Shown: positions 1-12,400 of the stretch, piece by piece
Position numbering within the stretch: position 1 is the stretch's first letter
How the letters are laid out: each line of letters opens with the position of its first letter
Assembly: GCA_030704615.1 (NCBI GenBank)
Contig: CM060732.1
Coordinates: 20,832,001 to 20,896,000 of the forward strand
DNA from: Takakia lepidozioides
Lineage: Eukaryota > Plantae > Bryophyta
Direction: 5' to 3'
DNA length: 64,000 bases
Program-made: the position numbers and the translations under genes
Notes under the pieces: model-generated
The model's input: the letters and a program-made list of their open reading frames with translations, nothing else
The model's database searches: none
Told to the model about the DNA's origin: nothing

Positions 1-658
1 AGTCTTTTTTGCCTTGAAGCCGCACAGTCTACCCATACAGAGGCCACCTCCTCTACCCCCGGCGGTGACGTCATGTTAGTTGTAGAAGATAGATGAGTAT
101 AGGAAGGTCTTGGTATGCGGGTACTTCTGTTTCCAGGACTTGAAGCCTACTGACAATGTTTGTCCCAACCGCATGGCAGAGAGAGGGGGGAGAGAGCAGG
201 TGAGAGAGAGAGTTTGGAAGGTTTGCACTAATTAATCATGTGTCCTTCCAAATATGGCCTACATTGGGGCATACTGTTATTAGGATCTCAGTATTCTTCT
301 GTAGAAGAGGTTTTTGCACAGCTGCAATTCTATAAATTTATCTTTCTCACTAGTGTGGTTCAGTTTTTAGGAGTTGAGGCAGGTGTTCATTGTCTGATTT
401 TCTGTGGCTATTGTGTAAAAGTTTCTACAGGCAGAAGGATTGTGTTTCCTTGCACCCACTGTCAGCCAATGAAGTAGTGGGGTAAGGGGATTTCCAGGGA
501 CCAGCTCTGGTCACCATGGCCACTACTGGGAAGAGCGGCATAAAGGTGTGTTTTTCTCTGGCCATGTGTAAATTTGCTGTCATGTGCCTGGTCATATTGA
601 TGAAATCCTGTAAGACTTTATTTACAACATGTACAATGGTGAACGTACATAGGATGAG

Positions 659-761
659 AAGAAAACAAAAAGCTATAGTAAGCTACTCAGCTAGAGAAGA
701 AAACAAAAGCTATAGTAAGCTACTCAACCGACGAAATCAGAAGCTATAGTAAGCTACTCAA
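659..761. repeat. Short tandem repeat, 3 copies of a ~35-bp unit with core AAGCTATAGTAAGCTACTCA
   Basis: The core 20-mer occurs three times between about 670 and 760. Confidence 0.8.
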
Positions 762-1865
762 GCAGAGCCACCCTCCCAGCCAACAGCCATATTCCTCTGA
801 AACTCGATTAACTTTCTCTTGGGGTATCCCTTTCACACCACACTTCCATATGTTTACTCACAGTTCGTGAGTCAGATGAGATTTATCTGCAAAGTTTGAT
901 GGATTTTGAACAACCAGAGAGTAGTGTTAACACACTATCACCATGCACAGGCAGCACCTACATGCTGGTGCAGAGTTATGCATAGATATTCCAAGTTCAC
1001 TGCACATATGCTTGACAGATCTAGAACAAGAAGATTTAGGAGAACGCCAGAGCATCATGGTTCAGCATGCAAGCTCATGTGTTTTTCCTATCCCAAGTGC
1101 CCTGTACAACTACATAAGAGATGTCACATTTCACAATTACTGTAAAGTTCAGCACCTGTAATGGCTTAGCACCTAATCACTCCTCGCCTGAAATAGCACA
1201 ATGAGGAGAAAATGGCAGTTGAAAAGTCCCATGTCAACTTTACTTATGGAGCCTCACTTAAAAGAGAACTTTTGTTCATTCCCAAGGATTGAAAAAGTAC
1301 AACCTGCAATCTGGCTGGTGAAAAATCACCTTCGACTATGATGGTATCAATTATCAACCTGTTGCAGGGTGGTCTTGGTGGTTCGCTGTTCCGGGTTTCG
1401 CGAAATTCATACAGTGCAAGCTCGCCTCTACCACAGGTCAATTTGGTGTCTGTCTTTTGAAGAGAGCACTGAAGATTCTCCCATTTCATTCCTCCGGTAT
1501 AAGAAAGAAAATTTGTTCAACAATGTCTCTGTACAAGTCTTACCTGACAAGTCTAGCCTAACAATGGTGCAAACGAATTACACCAGATTTGGTAGTGGGG
1601 TGTGCTGGTGACCGAAGTCCCTCAATTTCCTTTTATGGTTAAGATGAAGACCCTTGCCTTTGATGCTGCTTTCGCACACGTAACCACTGATATAGTGAGG
1701 CAAAGGTGTGACAAGTACAATTCTAAACATCCTCAACCAAGCAATTGGGATTGAACTGTCACAACTTCAATCAGTTGAAGAGGCGTAAAGCTTGACCCTG
1801 ATGCTTAGATATAGCCTCCATAGAATTTTCCTTCAAGTGGGTGATTTGATGACAGATCTGCATGC

Positions 1866-3946
1866 TCAAGGAAAAGCAAGCACCCAGTGTTTCATGGCCC
1901 AACCCCGAGCAACAAGAGCTCCTCGGTTCTGTGGATCCACTCTGAACGGGCTTTTTAGGTCTGCAAGACCAGTCAACATCATGTTTCTAAGGGGAGCCTT
2001 GACATCCAATTCAGAATGTTTCCCCCGGCCTGTAATGACCTGCACTGTTAATGGGGGGTCTCTATCACCAATCAACTGGCCCCTCAAATCACAGAGCCAC
2101 AGGGAGAATATCACACTTGCCGTTCCCATAGACATGCTGTGCAAATCTAGCTGCCAAGTGGCTGGACAATATGTGACAACCTTCGATGGAACACCCAGGT
2201 CCACGAGAGCTTGGACTATGCCCATCTCTTGGGTTGATGCCATATGCTCCTTAAGCCTGATGGCACAGACACACCCACAAAAGACAATTGCTTAATAGAT
2301 GGCCATCCACACACCTCTAGACATTTATATCCTCTTGTAAGGAAAGAAATTGGACGAGTACGACGGAACGGTGATGATGATTGGAGTACAAACTCTCACA
2401 TCACTTCCATGGTGTCCTTTCAAAAAGCAGATTAGAGCTCTTTCAATGCATTGTGGTTCCCGTGGGAGAACTGCCTCGGAAATCCCAAATTATCTGGGAC
2501 AGGAGCCACAAAGCTCCAATCCTTTTGGTGATGATGAAAAGTAAAACCGCTGTACCTTCACAGATAGATAATACTCAAGAGAGTGACGAATATCTGAAGA
2601 AACATTTGCGAGGTTGAGGGACACATGCCTTGTCCCCAATCTGGAGTTGCACTAAAGGAATGTTTTTATGTGAGCATTTGTACAAAGCTGCAAATGCTGG
2701 CTTGCAACGAAATCCAAGTTAACCAATGACAGCAAGGAGGTCACAGCAATAATAGGTCTGCACAAAACTTGCCAGATCAGGAACAAGAAAATTCAAAGAT
2801 GACAAGTGACACTCCAATAGTCTCCCCATGACCTTAGATGCTTAAGAGTTTGATACCTGCTGAGTAATCTGTTGGGACTGGGCACCAAACCCCTGCCTCC
2901 TGAGACCAGTGTAATCAGTGTGGGACATGCCTTGCTGAGGGCGTTCCAAGAAACCATAGATGGCTGGACACCTTCAGCAACCATTCTCTCTAACGTATCC
3001 ACCATACATTTGGGCTGCCCCGCTAGGCCATAAGCTGTAATGATCATGTTGAACCCTGCAACATCGAGTGCAATACCATGATCTCGACATGCACAGGCAA
3101 TTGTTTCCATCTTCGTGAGTTCCCCAGCCCTTCCAAATGCATAAAGCAAAGCCTTGTATTCATCTTCAGAGGGCCAATACCCAGCCTCTTTCATCTCCCT
3201 CAAACTACTCTCTGCTTGGTGGGGCAGATGTAAGGCGGCATACGCACGCACTAGAGCTTTGAAGCCAAGAGGCAGAGCCCTTGCCAGGGGAAGGCTGCGA
3301 AGACTGTGAAAGGCTTCGACTGCACGGTCTTGTAGCCCTTGGCGGGCATAGCTATCAATTAAAGCGCACCCCAGCTCTGCCCTCTGGGCGAGGCTGAGAG
3401 TTTGTTGCGTCTCTAGTAAAAGTGATGCTGCCGTGCTAGACCGGTCAGCTTTGGCAAGCAGTGCGACCATTCGGGCATGGAGGCTTGCATCCCATTTGTA
3501 CCAGGCCGCCTCTCTCACGGTGTCATACATCTGCATACCCAATGTACCATCTTTCAGTTTAGTGTAAGATTGGGACCCAGGTAAGGTTCTACACGAAGAT
3601 TTCAATTTCAAACAAGAATCTGACTATCGAAAGGCCCACAGATGTCTACCGGAAGCGCTAGCTCCCACTGATCGCGTCTAACAAACTCCTCCAGCACCTC
3701 CAGCTGCACAGCTCGGGAAAGATGGCGCGATTTTCGAATCAACCCCCTGGAATGACGGCCCGCCTTCTCCACCTCCCTCACCACCCGCAGTGCTGTCTTG
3801 TTTGCACTTTCCACCCACAGCATTCTTGTCCACTTATAGGCAGAGAAAGTCCGACAAGACCCACAAACTAAAAAGACAGGGGCAGCGATATCTTCTCTCC
3901 CCTGTGAGGCAGCGAAACAGACAAGACTTGGTCTGGCAGCTGCCAT
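1866..3946 (-). CDS. PPR-SMR protein (P-class PPR repeats plus C-terminal SMR domain), At2g17033-like, ~453 aa
   Basis: Exons 3946-3650, 3530-2857 and 2256-1866 are joined by GT-AG introns into an in-frame 1362-nt CDS. PPR motifs include YKALLYAFGRAG and FNMIITAYGLAG. SMR motifs are LDLHSMS, VITGRGKHS and NRGALVARG. The N-terminus resembles a transit peptide. Confidence 0.9.
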
Positions 3947-4589
3947 GGCATGAGGGAGATCTAGAGCTTGCTGGATACAACGAAGAAGCGGGCTAGGATC
4001 CCACCTCTGAACTTACATCGCTTTGTAAAACTTGCTGATTGTTTGTCAGCTTCTATTTTGCTCCATGGGATGTTCACTGTGGGTGATTCAAGTAAAGACC
4101 ACTCCTGAACTTCTACAGTACAATAAGCTGTTGTTCCCGAGCACAGACAGCTTGGTGTAAGTTGCCAGGGAGCATAATATGTAGAGGATTGTTTCTGGGT
4201 TAGCATTCCTGTTTTGCACCCTGGAGATGGATGCGAGTGGAAGTCAACCTCGCAGGTAATTTACTGGTCAGGCATGTGGTTGCCATGTAGATCCACAGTT
4301 TGATTACAAATTGAGTACTGGATGCATGCTCAAAGTGCGTGTTATTCAGGCTACAGATCTTTCAGGTACAAAGCATATTAACTTATTTGCAGGTCATCAT
4401 CAAGGAGCCATGCCTTCTTGGGACTTCTGCAAAGGAGCTTGGACTCTAACTTATATGTTAAGAGGGAAGATAATAGTAAGGTAATGAGGTAAAAACTCAA
4501 TTCACACGCGCAAACCTCTCTCGCGATGGTACGTCGGTTCCGTTCATGTCAAATCTTCCCCACCCTCTCTTCAGAGTGACATGGAGCTT

Positions 4590-4860
4590 AAGGAGTGTAA
4601 ACTCCAGTCCGGGTTACGCTGGGTTACATGGGGAGTGAAACTCCACTTGGGGTTACACAATGGGGTGTGTAACTCCAGTGGGGGTAACTCATGCACTTGG
4701 TCTCGAAATTTGACTAAGTCCAAATATGGCTAAGTATAAAATGGACTAAGAAGAGTTACATGAGAAACCGGAGTTACAAAATGGACTAAGAAGAGTTAAA
4801 TGAGAGACCGGGGTTACAAAGGGTTACACCGATCGGACTATTGATCCCGTGTTACACTAC
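4590..4860. repeat. Cluster of (G)GGTTACA/GTAACTC motifs with a ~40-bp direct duplication; probable TE subterminal region
   Basis: About 10 GTTAC/GTAAC motifs. AAAATGGACTAAGAAGAGTTA is repeated at about 4738 and 4778. Confidence 0.5.
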
Positions 4861-4899
4861 AATAACCTCCCATGAATCGAATACAAAATCTCGACACCT

Positions 4900-5480
4900 G
4901 CAGTAGCTCAAGAAAAGCCTTTACAAGCTGAAACAAGCTTGTCGGGTTTGGAACAAGCGATTCAACGAGTTCCTTGTTGGGTACGATCTAAAGCCCACTA
5001 CTGCACATCATTGTGTGTATTCCAATAAGAAGGCACCGCTTATGATAACCACGATATTTGTCGATGACGCGGGCCTTGTACGTAGCCTTAACACTGTTCG
5101 GATGTGGGACATGATTGAGTTCATTAGGAACAAATTTAAGGTCACTGTGAGCGATGCGGATCATGTCTATATTGTAGGTCTATACATAATCTGAGATAGG
5201 CATCTACAGATTCTTTGGATTGACCAAGCTAGGTACGTCATAAGCATCTTGAAGCGATATGGCTTTGAGAACGCAACGCTAGTACCAACCTTTGCGGATC
5301 CAAATGCCACCTTGACGTGCGTGGGAGCGATGAGGAGCAAGTAATTGAAACTGGTTTCCCATATTCCGAAGCTGTTGGAAGGTTGATGTTGCAGATGGCC
5401 GACACACAACCAGATAGCCAAATTTAAAAGCAAGCCTCCTTTCCAACACGCCACCCACCACAAGGTGAAATCCTTCTTGG
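4900..5480 (+). mobile_element. Degenerate Ty1/copia reverse transcriptase fragment
   Basis: Translates to YKLKQACRVWNKRFNEFL...IFVDD...YIVGL...IDQARYV. This parallels the copia RT at 61.9-62.4 kb and has frameshifts and stops. Confidence 0.75.
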
Positions 5481-5829
5481 ATTCTTTAAGTATTTAATTA
5501 ATAGTGAAACCAAGGTAATAAGAGGGGTGGGGAGGATTTGACAGAGGCCCCGCCGGAGGAGCAGAGGCTGTTAGAATTCGGCGAAAGTATTGTCACATGG
5601 ATCGAGTATGATTAAGTTCGTACCTCATTCTTAGTGTCCTCCTTAACTGAGTATATTCAATGCAGTAGTCAGTCCTCTTGCAACAATCAGGACAGAGCAC
5701 CTCCTCGAATGGCCTCGTCAATCACTACAAAAATTATTCCCCCTTTTTTGGCAATCTTTATGCGTGGCCTGAATGCACATTGGTATAGCTACTCTGACCT
5801 AACATGACCAACTTAGGTGTTGCTTCCTA

Positions 5830-6743
5830 GCAATGTATCCATCTCCTACATCCTCGGAGACTTGTATTTTACCTCATTCCAACTATAGAGTTTTTTCGTG
5901 ACGTTTGTTTTCTTGAATTTGGGCATCCATCACAACTTTCTCTCTGTTTGGCTTGGAGAACCATGGTCAAGCCTTCCGCTGATTTAGGAGACAGTCATCG
6001 ACGCTTTGCCGTGGATGACGAAGTCTTAGTCAGCTCCTCAGAGGATGAATCAGACGCACTACAAATTCATCATCAGTGGCAATTTGAAATCAACTTGCGC
6101 AATGATATGCACATGTAGGAAGCCAAAAATCCATGAATTCCCAGAGTAGGGGTGATGTTACCTCTTGGTCTGGCCATGGAAGAAGGGTCGATTGGAAGAT
6201 CACCTGGTTCTACAGCCTTGGAGGTCTTTACAAACCATTGTGATAAATCATCAAACACTTCTTGATAAAGATATGTTTTGGGCATCTTGGCCTCTTTTCT
6301 TTCATGGGGGGCCATTTGATAATAGAATTTCCTCCCACTATGGATCTTCTTTTCATAGTCCCAGACCTTCCGGAAGAGTGCAGATATTCCTTCCCATTTG
6401 TCTTGGCATTGTTGGGCACTTCGCAAAACACCTTGTTGAAAACATGTCTTCTCAACCATCTGCCACCTGTAAGTTGCAGGTTGATGCAAGGTTTTGGAGC
6501 CTGCTTGAGGGCCATGTTTGATCCAGTCGCTTCGCTTTGCATGAGATAGCAAAACCATCATCTCCGAAAGCAACCATGCCCTTTCTTGTAAACGCTTCCT
6601 GGAATACATACCTGTTCAGCTCCACATTCAATGGTGTCGTCATTTGAACCATCCTCCACTGTTGGTGTTCCATTTGTTTCCACAACTGGTGTTTTATGCA
6701 AGGCATCTGAATCTTCTTCGATCGACATAGCCATCATCTTCAC
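5830..6743 (-). pseudogene. Trihelix/Myb-SANT-like DNA-binding protein pseudogene (possibly PIF/Harbinger ORF1)
   Basis: Motif RWQMVEKTC..GVLRSAQQCQDKWE..FRKVWDYE. There is a frameshift between ORFs 6743-6558 and 6609-6073, and the putative downstream exon (<6062) carries in-frame stops. Confidence 0.65.
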
Positions 6744-7115
6744 TCTCCCGCCTTTCGCATACCCTCCTACTGTTCACAGACTATGGTCGATGAAGAGAAA
6801 GCCACGAAAAGCCGCAAAGAGAGCGAAGACAAAGACTTGCTCGGCTGGTGATCGCAAAAACTGACATATTACAGACGGTGAAAGTCAAAGTTCGGGACCG
6901 ATCTCCCAACTTTTAGCTTTTCATGGAGAGTTGGGAGATCAGACCCGAAATAGGGTTGGGGTCCAGGTTTTGCACATAGAAGTGACGTTCATAACCCAAT
7001 GATGACATCATCTTTTGGTCGGGTTTGACCACATGGAAGGACCCCTACGACCCTACACTTCTCTCTCTCTCTTTCCTCTATTACCTTCTGCTCTTATGTC
7101 TCATCAGAGCTTGTT

Positions 7116-8290
7116 TAGGGAATTCCAAAAAGGCCTTGATGTGAAATGCATCGCAATTCACTTGATCAGCCCCTAAAAGTGCGCAATTCAATTGAATTGC
7201 AAGGGCAATTCAATTGAACTAACCCTAATTTTCAATTCAATTGAATTGTCGGCACACGATTCAATTGAATTGTGAATTGGCAATTCAATTGAATTGCTGA
7301 CTACAATTCAATTGAATTGTAATCTATAATTTTTACTTATTTCTGTATATAATATATATATGTATATATTTAATTTATACATATATACATACATAGGTAT
7401 AAGCTAAAAATATGTTGCTCGTCTATTCTTGTTGTCCGTCTGTCAATCCTTTGCCCCGTGGTAAGGCTTGAGCCCAAGATAAGCCTGAGGGAGAGCGAGA
7501 GAGGGAGAGAGAGAGAGGGGAAGTCACGAAGCGTTTGTAAAAGCGGGATTGTCTGTCTTTTTGGATGTTGGTGCCAATATATGGCTATGTACATATACCA
7601 AACATGATACCAATGTAAGAGTATCAACCTGTAAGAGTTTGATATATTAAACTTATATAGAACACACATCCCAACTTCAACATGATACCTTTGTAAGGGT
7701 ATCGAATTTTTTGATAATTCTCAAAGATGAACATATTTTTTGTTTTCTTTGTCCTGTGCCAGATACTAGTGTTAGGGGACTACATGGTGATGCAGGGGAA
7801 GCCTTTCATCAATTGTCAGGTTTGATTTTGTCTGTTTTTTTCGGAGACAGCCATGTTTCTTTTGCTAGTGAATCACATGAAGCTGCTGATCTGTCTCCGT
7901 CTCTGGCTCTCCCTTTCTCGCTGAGGCTGAGGGTGGCTTCACAACTCCACAATTTCCTCAAGGCACAAGAAAGAGGGCCAGCAAGAATAGACGGGCAACA
8001 TGTATTTTTAGCTTATACTCTTACATGTGTATAAATATAATTTGAATATATACATGTACATATATATTATATATTATATACAAAAATAAGTTAAAAATTA
8101 TAGATTACAATTCAATTGAATTACGAGTTGACAATTCAGTTGAATTGCCAATTCGCAATTCAATTGAATCGTGTGCCGACAATTCAATTGAATTGCAAAT
8201 TAGGGTTAGTTCAATTGAATTGCGCACTTTTAGGGGGTGATCAAGTGAATTGCTATGCATTTCACATCAAGGCCTTTTTGGAATTCCCTA
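7116..8290. mobile_element. Non-autonomous foldback/MITE with ~320-bp TIRs and 6-bp TSD CTTGTT
   Basis: The left end TAGGGAATTCCAAAAAGGCCTTGATGTGAAATGCAT is the reverse complement of the right end at 8290. The arms pair to about 7435/7980. CTTGTT lies at 7110-7115 and 8291-8296. Confidence 0.9.
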
Positions 8291-9451
8291 CTTGTTGTCT
8301 CCATATGATTTGCTGTCCCTTTTGTTAATTCGGGTGGTTTTATTTTGCGTTGCTCTATGGATTCTTTGTACAGTAGACGGTTTTTTTTTTGGTTATTTTT
8401 TTTCTCCTCCCTTTCTTTCGTTTGAGTAAGACGGACTCACTGCCAGGGCCACTGCACTCTCTTTTTTTTCTTTTTTTTTAAACAGAAAGGGGAGGTAGTA
8501 GCCCTTGAGAACCACTTTCTTAAAAGAAAAGAAAAGAAAAAAGATGCAGCGGTATTCATGTCCAGCATGACAGGCTTGTATTTTCTGTTGGCGGACATAT
8601 TACCGTATGAGCCCTAATGACCGTGGACTGCGCCCGTTTTTCTTACCACGCTCAAGCACTAGAGGTTACTCCTAAAAAACGGTTCTGGTCCCTGGATGAG
8701 CTAAATTCGTGAATGTGGGTTTGAACTCAGGGCCTCCGAGTGCTTAGGGTTGGAAGCTGTTAGGATCCCTACCGTTACCCTCTCATTCCGCTTTGAATTT
8801 CTCTCCTTGACTGACGCCTGCATCGTCATCTCTACTGCGCTCGCATTGTGTTCTGTCTTTGAGGCAAGAATGGGCTCTTGGGGAGTTTCTTCCCGGGGAA
8901 ATGCTTCCTGTGCAGTCTAGACACACATTGTCTTGTTCCTGGGAGAGATGGGTTCCTGTAGAGTGCCGTCTTTCTTCATGGGAAAACTGGGTTATGCACA
9001 GCGTGGAGACATTTAAAAGAAGAAAAATCCTACCAGTTATGGTAGAGTAGGATGGATCGCAGGATCAGCATGGACGAGAGAAAGAGCTACAGGCTTTGAT
9101 TTTGGGGAAAGCTCAAACTCCTGATCTGCCCACGTTACCAATGATTTGAATGTCCGTGGTAGATAAGGGGGAAAGCACGCATGCGCAACCTGAAGAGTTT
9201 TGGTTGTTGGTGCCCAGACCAATTCAGCGAGTCTTGATGCATTTTTGTTTGTTATCTTACATGTCAGTTCTCCTTCTCCGTTGTGCCCAGGCTGCTGTCA
9301 ATTAAGTAATTTTGGGTTGATTCCTGTAAAGGCAGTCAAATGTCGGAAATTCAAGGAAGAGATTTGCGATGAAGCTGAGTTTTACTCCGAGCGTTTGGCT
9401 CACAGCTACTCCAGGACTCCTAACGCATCTTCTTAAGCTTATGTACAGATT

Positions 9452-12400
9452 TTGGTCCAGCCTTCGACACGCGGGTGTCAAATAGGAAAACCGTTACGGA
9501 GAAACCAGGAAAGCACCTTCAGCTCAAGCATGCAGCGAGTGGGCTTGCCCGAAGGCAGTTTAGCTCAGGGGGCTCAAGTACGAAACGATGTTGTACATGA
9601 TGACGAAGAAGCTTTGACATGGGCAGCCCTGGAGAGGCTTCCCTCATTTGATCGGCTGCATACGGCTGTATTTAAGAGCTCGACGGGTACTATAAGTCGG
9701 ATTGATGTGAGGAACTTTGGAATCGCAGATCGCCAGCAACTGATGGACAAATTGCTCAAAAACACGCAAGAAGATAACTCTTCATTTCTGAAAAAGTTAC
9801 GAGCGCGAATTGACAGGTTGTTCATCAAATTGTGAACTTCAAGTACAACATGTAACTGGTCGACAAATTCAATGCATAGATCAATGACATACTCTGGAAA
9901 GTACCCCCCTGATCAGCACTATTGACTGTGAACGATGGACTTGGGATAGATTTGCTCAAGTGTCAGTTGCCGCCGATAGCAACACACGGAGAGTGCTAGC
10001 TTACTCCTACCTCAAACTCATTATGAAAAATGAAAAATTATCTATCTGCACAACCTGTCCTTGTAACCATACTAAAGACGAGGACAAAAATGGTCTGTTT
10101 ACTCCCAAGCTATGCTTATTTGTGTTCTTTGTGCTGGCAGGGTAGGAATACAGTTGCCCACAATAGAGGTTCGATTTGAGAATCTGTCAATAGAGGCGGA
10201 CTGCCATGTGGGAGGGAGAGCCCTACCAACACTCTGGAATGTGTTCCGGAATTCCGTAGAGGTAAGTTGGATGCTCAGCTGGTCATGTGCAGTGTAGCCC
10301 CTTGTGAAGATCCCTAGTCTCAGCACCTTGAGAATGATGTTGGTTAATATAATTTTGTAGCAACAGAAATAGATCATATTCTTTGGAGCTAGGCTCACTC
10401 TAAATTTGCTGTTGCAGGACATCTTGAGTACAGTCGGTCTGGCACCAAGCAACAAGACGGTTCATAACGTTTTGCATAACGTCAGTGGCATTGTGAAACC
10501 TGGCAGGTTAGAACAGCCATGCTTGTTTCCCCTACAAAGCTAACACGATCTTCCACCTTTAGCAGGCATAGTGGTAACAAACTAGACATTACCCATGTGC
10601 TAAGCATGCTCAGGGTACACCGATTTGAATACAATTGTTAGTGGGCACTTTAACCCTGCTCAAGTAATGGGTGGGTTCAACGCCGCTCTCATTGTCGAGC
10701 AACATTTGCGTTGGGACAAAGCCAAGGGAAAATGTTTCTGCCTGTTCAAACCTTTGGAGATATGTGACTGCAGAATGACGTTGCTGCTGGGCCCACCAAG
10801 TTCAGGGAAGACTACACTGCTGCTTGCTATGGCAGGGGATCTTGATAAAGCGCTCAGAGTACGACACCAAATCTCTCGAGTCTTTGGCCGTACTTTCCAC
10901 ACTAGGGTACTAAAGTACTATGAAGGCTATAAAAGATGTAAGGGTATGATCGGTGCCCATGTCTACTGACGTTAAGGTGGGAGCCATACTGGCAAAGAGG
11001 CTGTGTTGAATTCAAAAGCTTCCCTTGAGCAAGATTGGTGGCCTGATAGATAGACGGTCTGGTCAGTGGATATATTGTTGGTTTCAAGTTTCTAAGGTTT
11101 GAGTATGAGTGCCCATAGGTGGAGGGGGAGGTGACATACAATGGGCATACCCTGGATCAGTTTGTGCCCCAGAAGACATCTTCGTACGTCAGCGAACGCG
11201 ACCTCCACTTGGGTGAACTGACAGTCCGAGAAACGCTTGACTTCTCTGCCCGCTGCCAGGGAGTCGGCACCCGCTTTGGTGAGTACTTTGCATACTTTGT
11301 ATGTGGCAAGGGGAAGTAACCGTTTCTCAGATTCCAAGTGAGGTATGAATTCGTCATTGTATTCAAACAGACCTTGAGGTGACATGCCAGCACGATTTGC
11401 CAGTTTATTATCAGTCTTGAGCGTTTAAGTTCTATAGACATCATTCGAACAAAGACATGGAGGCAAACTCATTACAAACACAAATAATTAGAAAAACATT
11501 TGTTCCCACGTGGGCTCCTAATGCCTCATTGTTTTCGCCTCCCCTTGGTGGTTCTGTGTATGAGCTTAACACACATGGTTTTTGTTACTCCTTTTCAGAG
11601 TTGCTTTCAGAGCTTGATAAAAGAGAAAGGGAGTTGGGCATCCTACCAGAGGCAGATGTTGATCTCTTTATGAAAGTGCGTAGTTGCTGCCTTTACTATT
11701 GCCCTGTCCATTTGTGATTTCCCTGGAAATTAGAAGATCATAGTTGATACATCTCCCTCTTTTCTTTCCTTACTATTTCCGCCCATAAACTACTCATGCA
11801 ACTGAATGTTTCTCTCCCTAACACTAAAGCACCATTCCATTCCATTCTCCCTAACACTGGGCCCATGGATTTCTCACCAACACAGGCGACATCTGTGGGA
11901 GGACTGAAGGGCAGCCTTGCAACCGACTATGTATTGAGGGTCTGTAAGCTTTCCTAAGCCTTTTTTTAGTCGACAAGGCCAATGCCTATTTGTTCTGGGT
12001 TTTTTGAAGAGCTGGGGGTTGTGCTATTTTAAGCAGGAATGGTTCAGCCTTTTTGTCTTTAAGTTGATGGGTTGTCTTGCTACAAACTAGGGCTCCAAAA
12101 GGGGTAAGCAACTCTCTGCCAGATTTGGTTGCAAACAGAACACAGTTCCTCAACCATCATTTATAGGAGGGATGTAGCTCACAATGTTTGGATGGTGACT
12201 AGAGCCAAGTGAAGCGGGATAGCCGGCTTATTCCTTCGGTTCCTTCGGAATATAGACTGTAGTCAGACAGGCCCTAAAGCAAGGGTATCGGTCTGATGAC
12301 TATATTGAGGTGCATGATAGATGCAGAGGTCTATGACACTGGTGTGCTATGTGTAGACACGTGGAGCTGGAAAAGTGTGTTTCTCTGACACCCAAGCTGA

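Noticed and set aside
238-1611. Several 70-80-aa ORFs
   Set aside because: No recognisable domains or consistent exon structure; probably UTR or intergenic.
1792-2295. 167-aa + strand ORF
   Set aside because: Antisense shadow of the SMR exon.
7180-7320. Regularly spaced palindromic repeats with short spacers, CRISPR-like at first glance
   Set aside because: The spacers are only about 5-15 bp and are mirrored in the opposite TIR. There are no cas genes and the context is eukaryotic. They are TE subterminal repeats.
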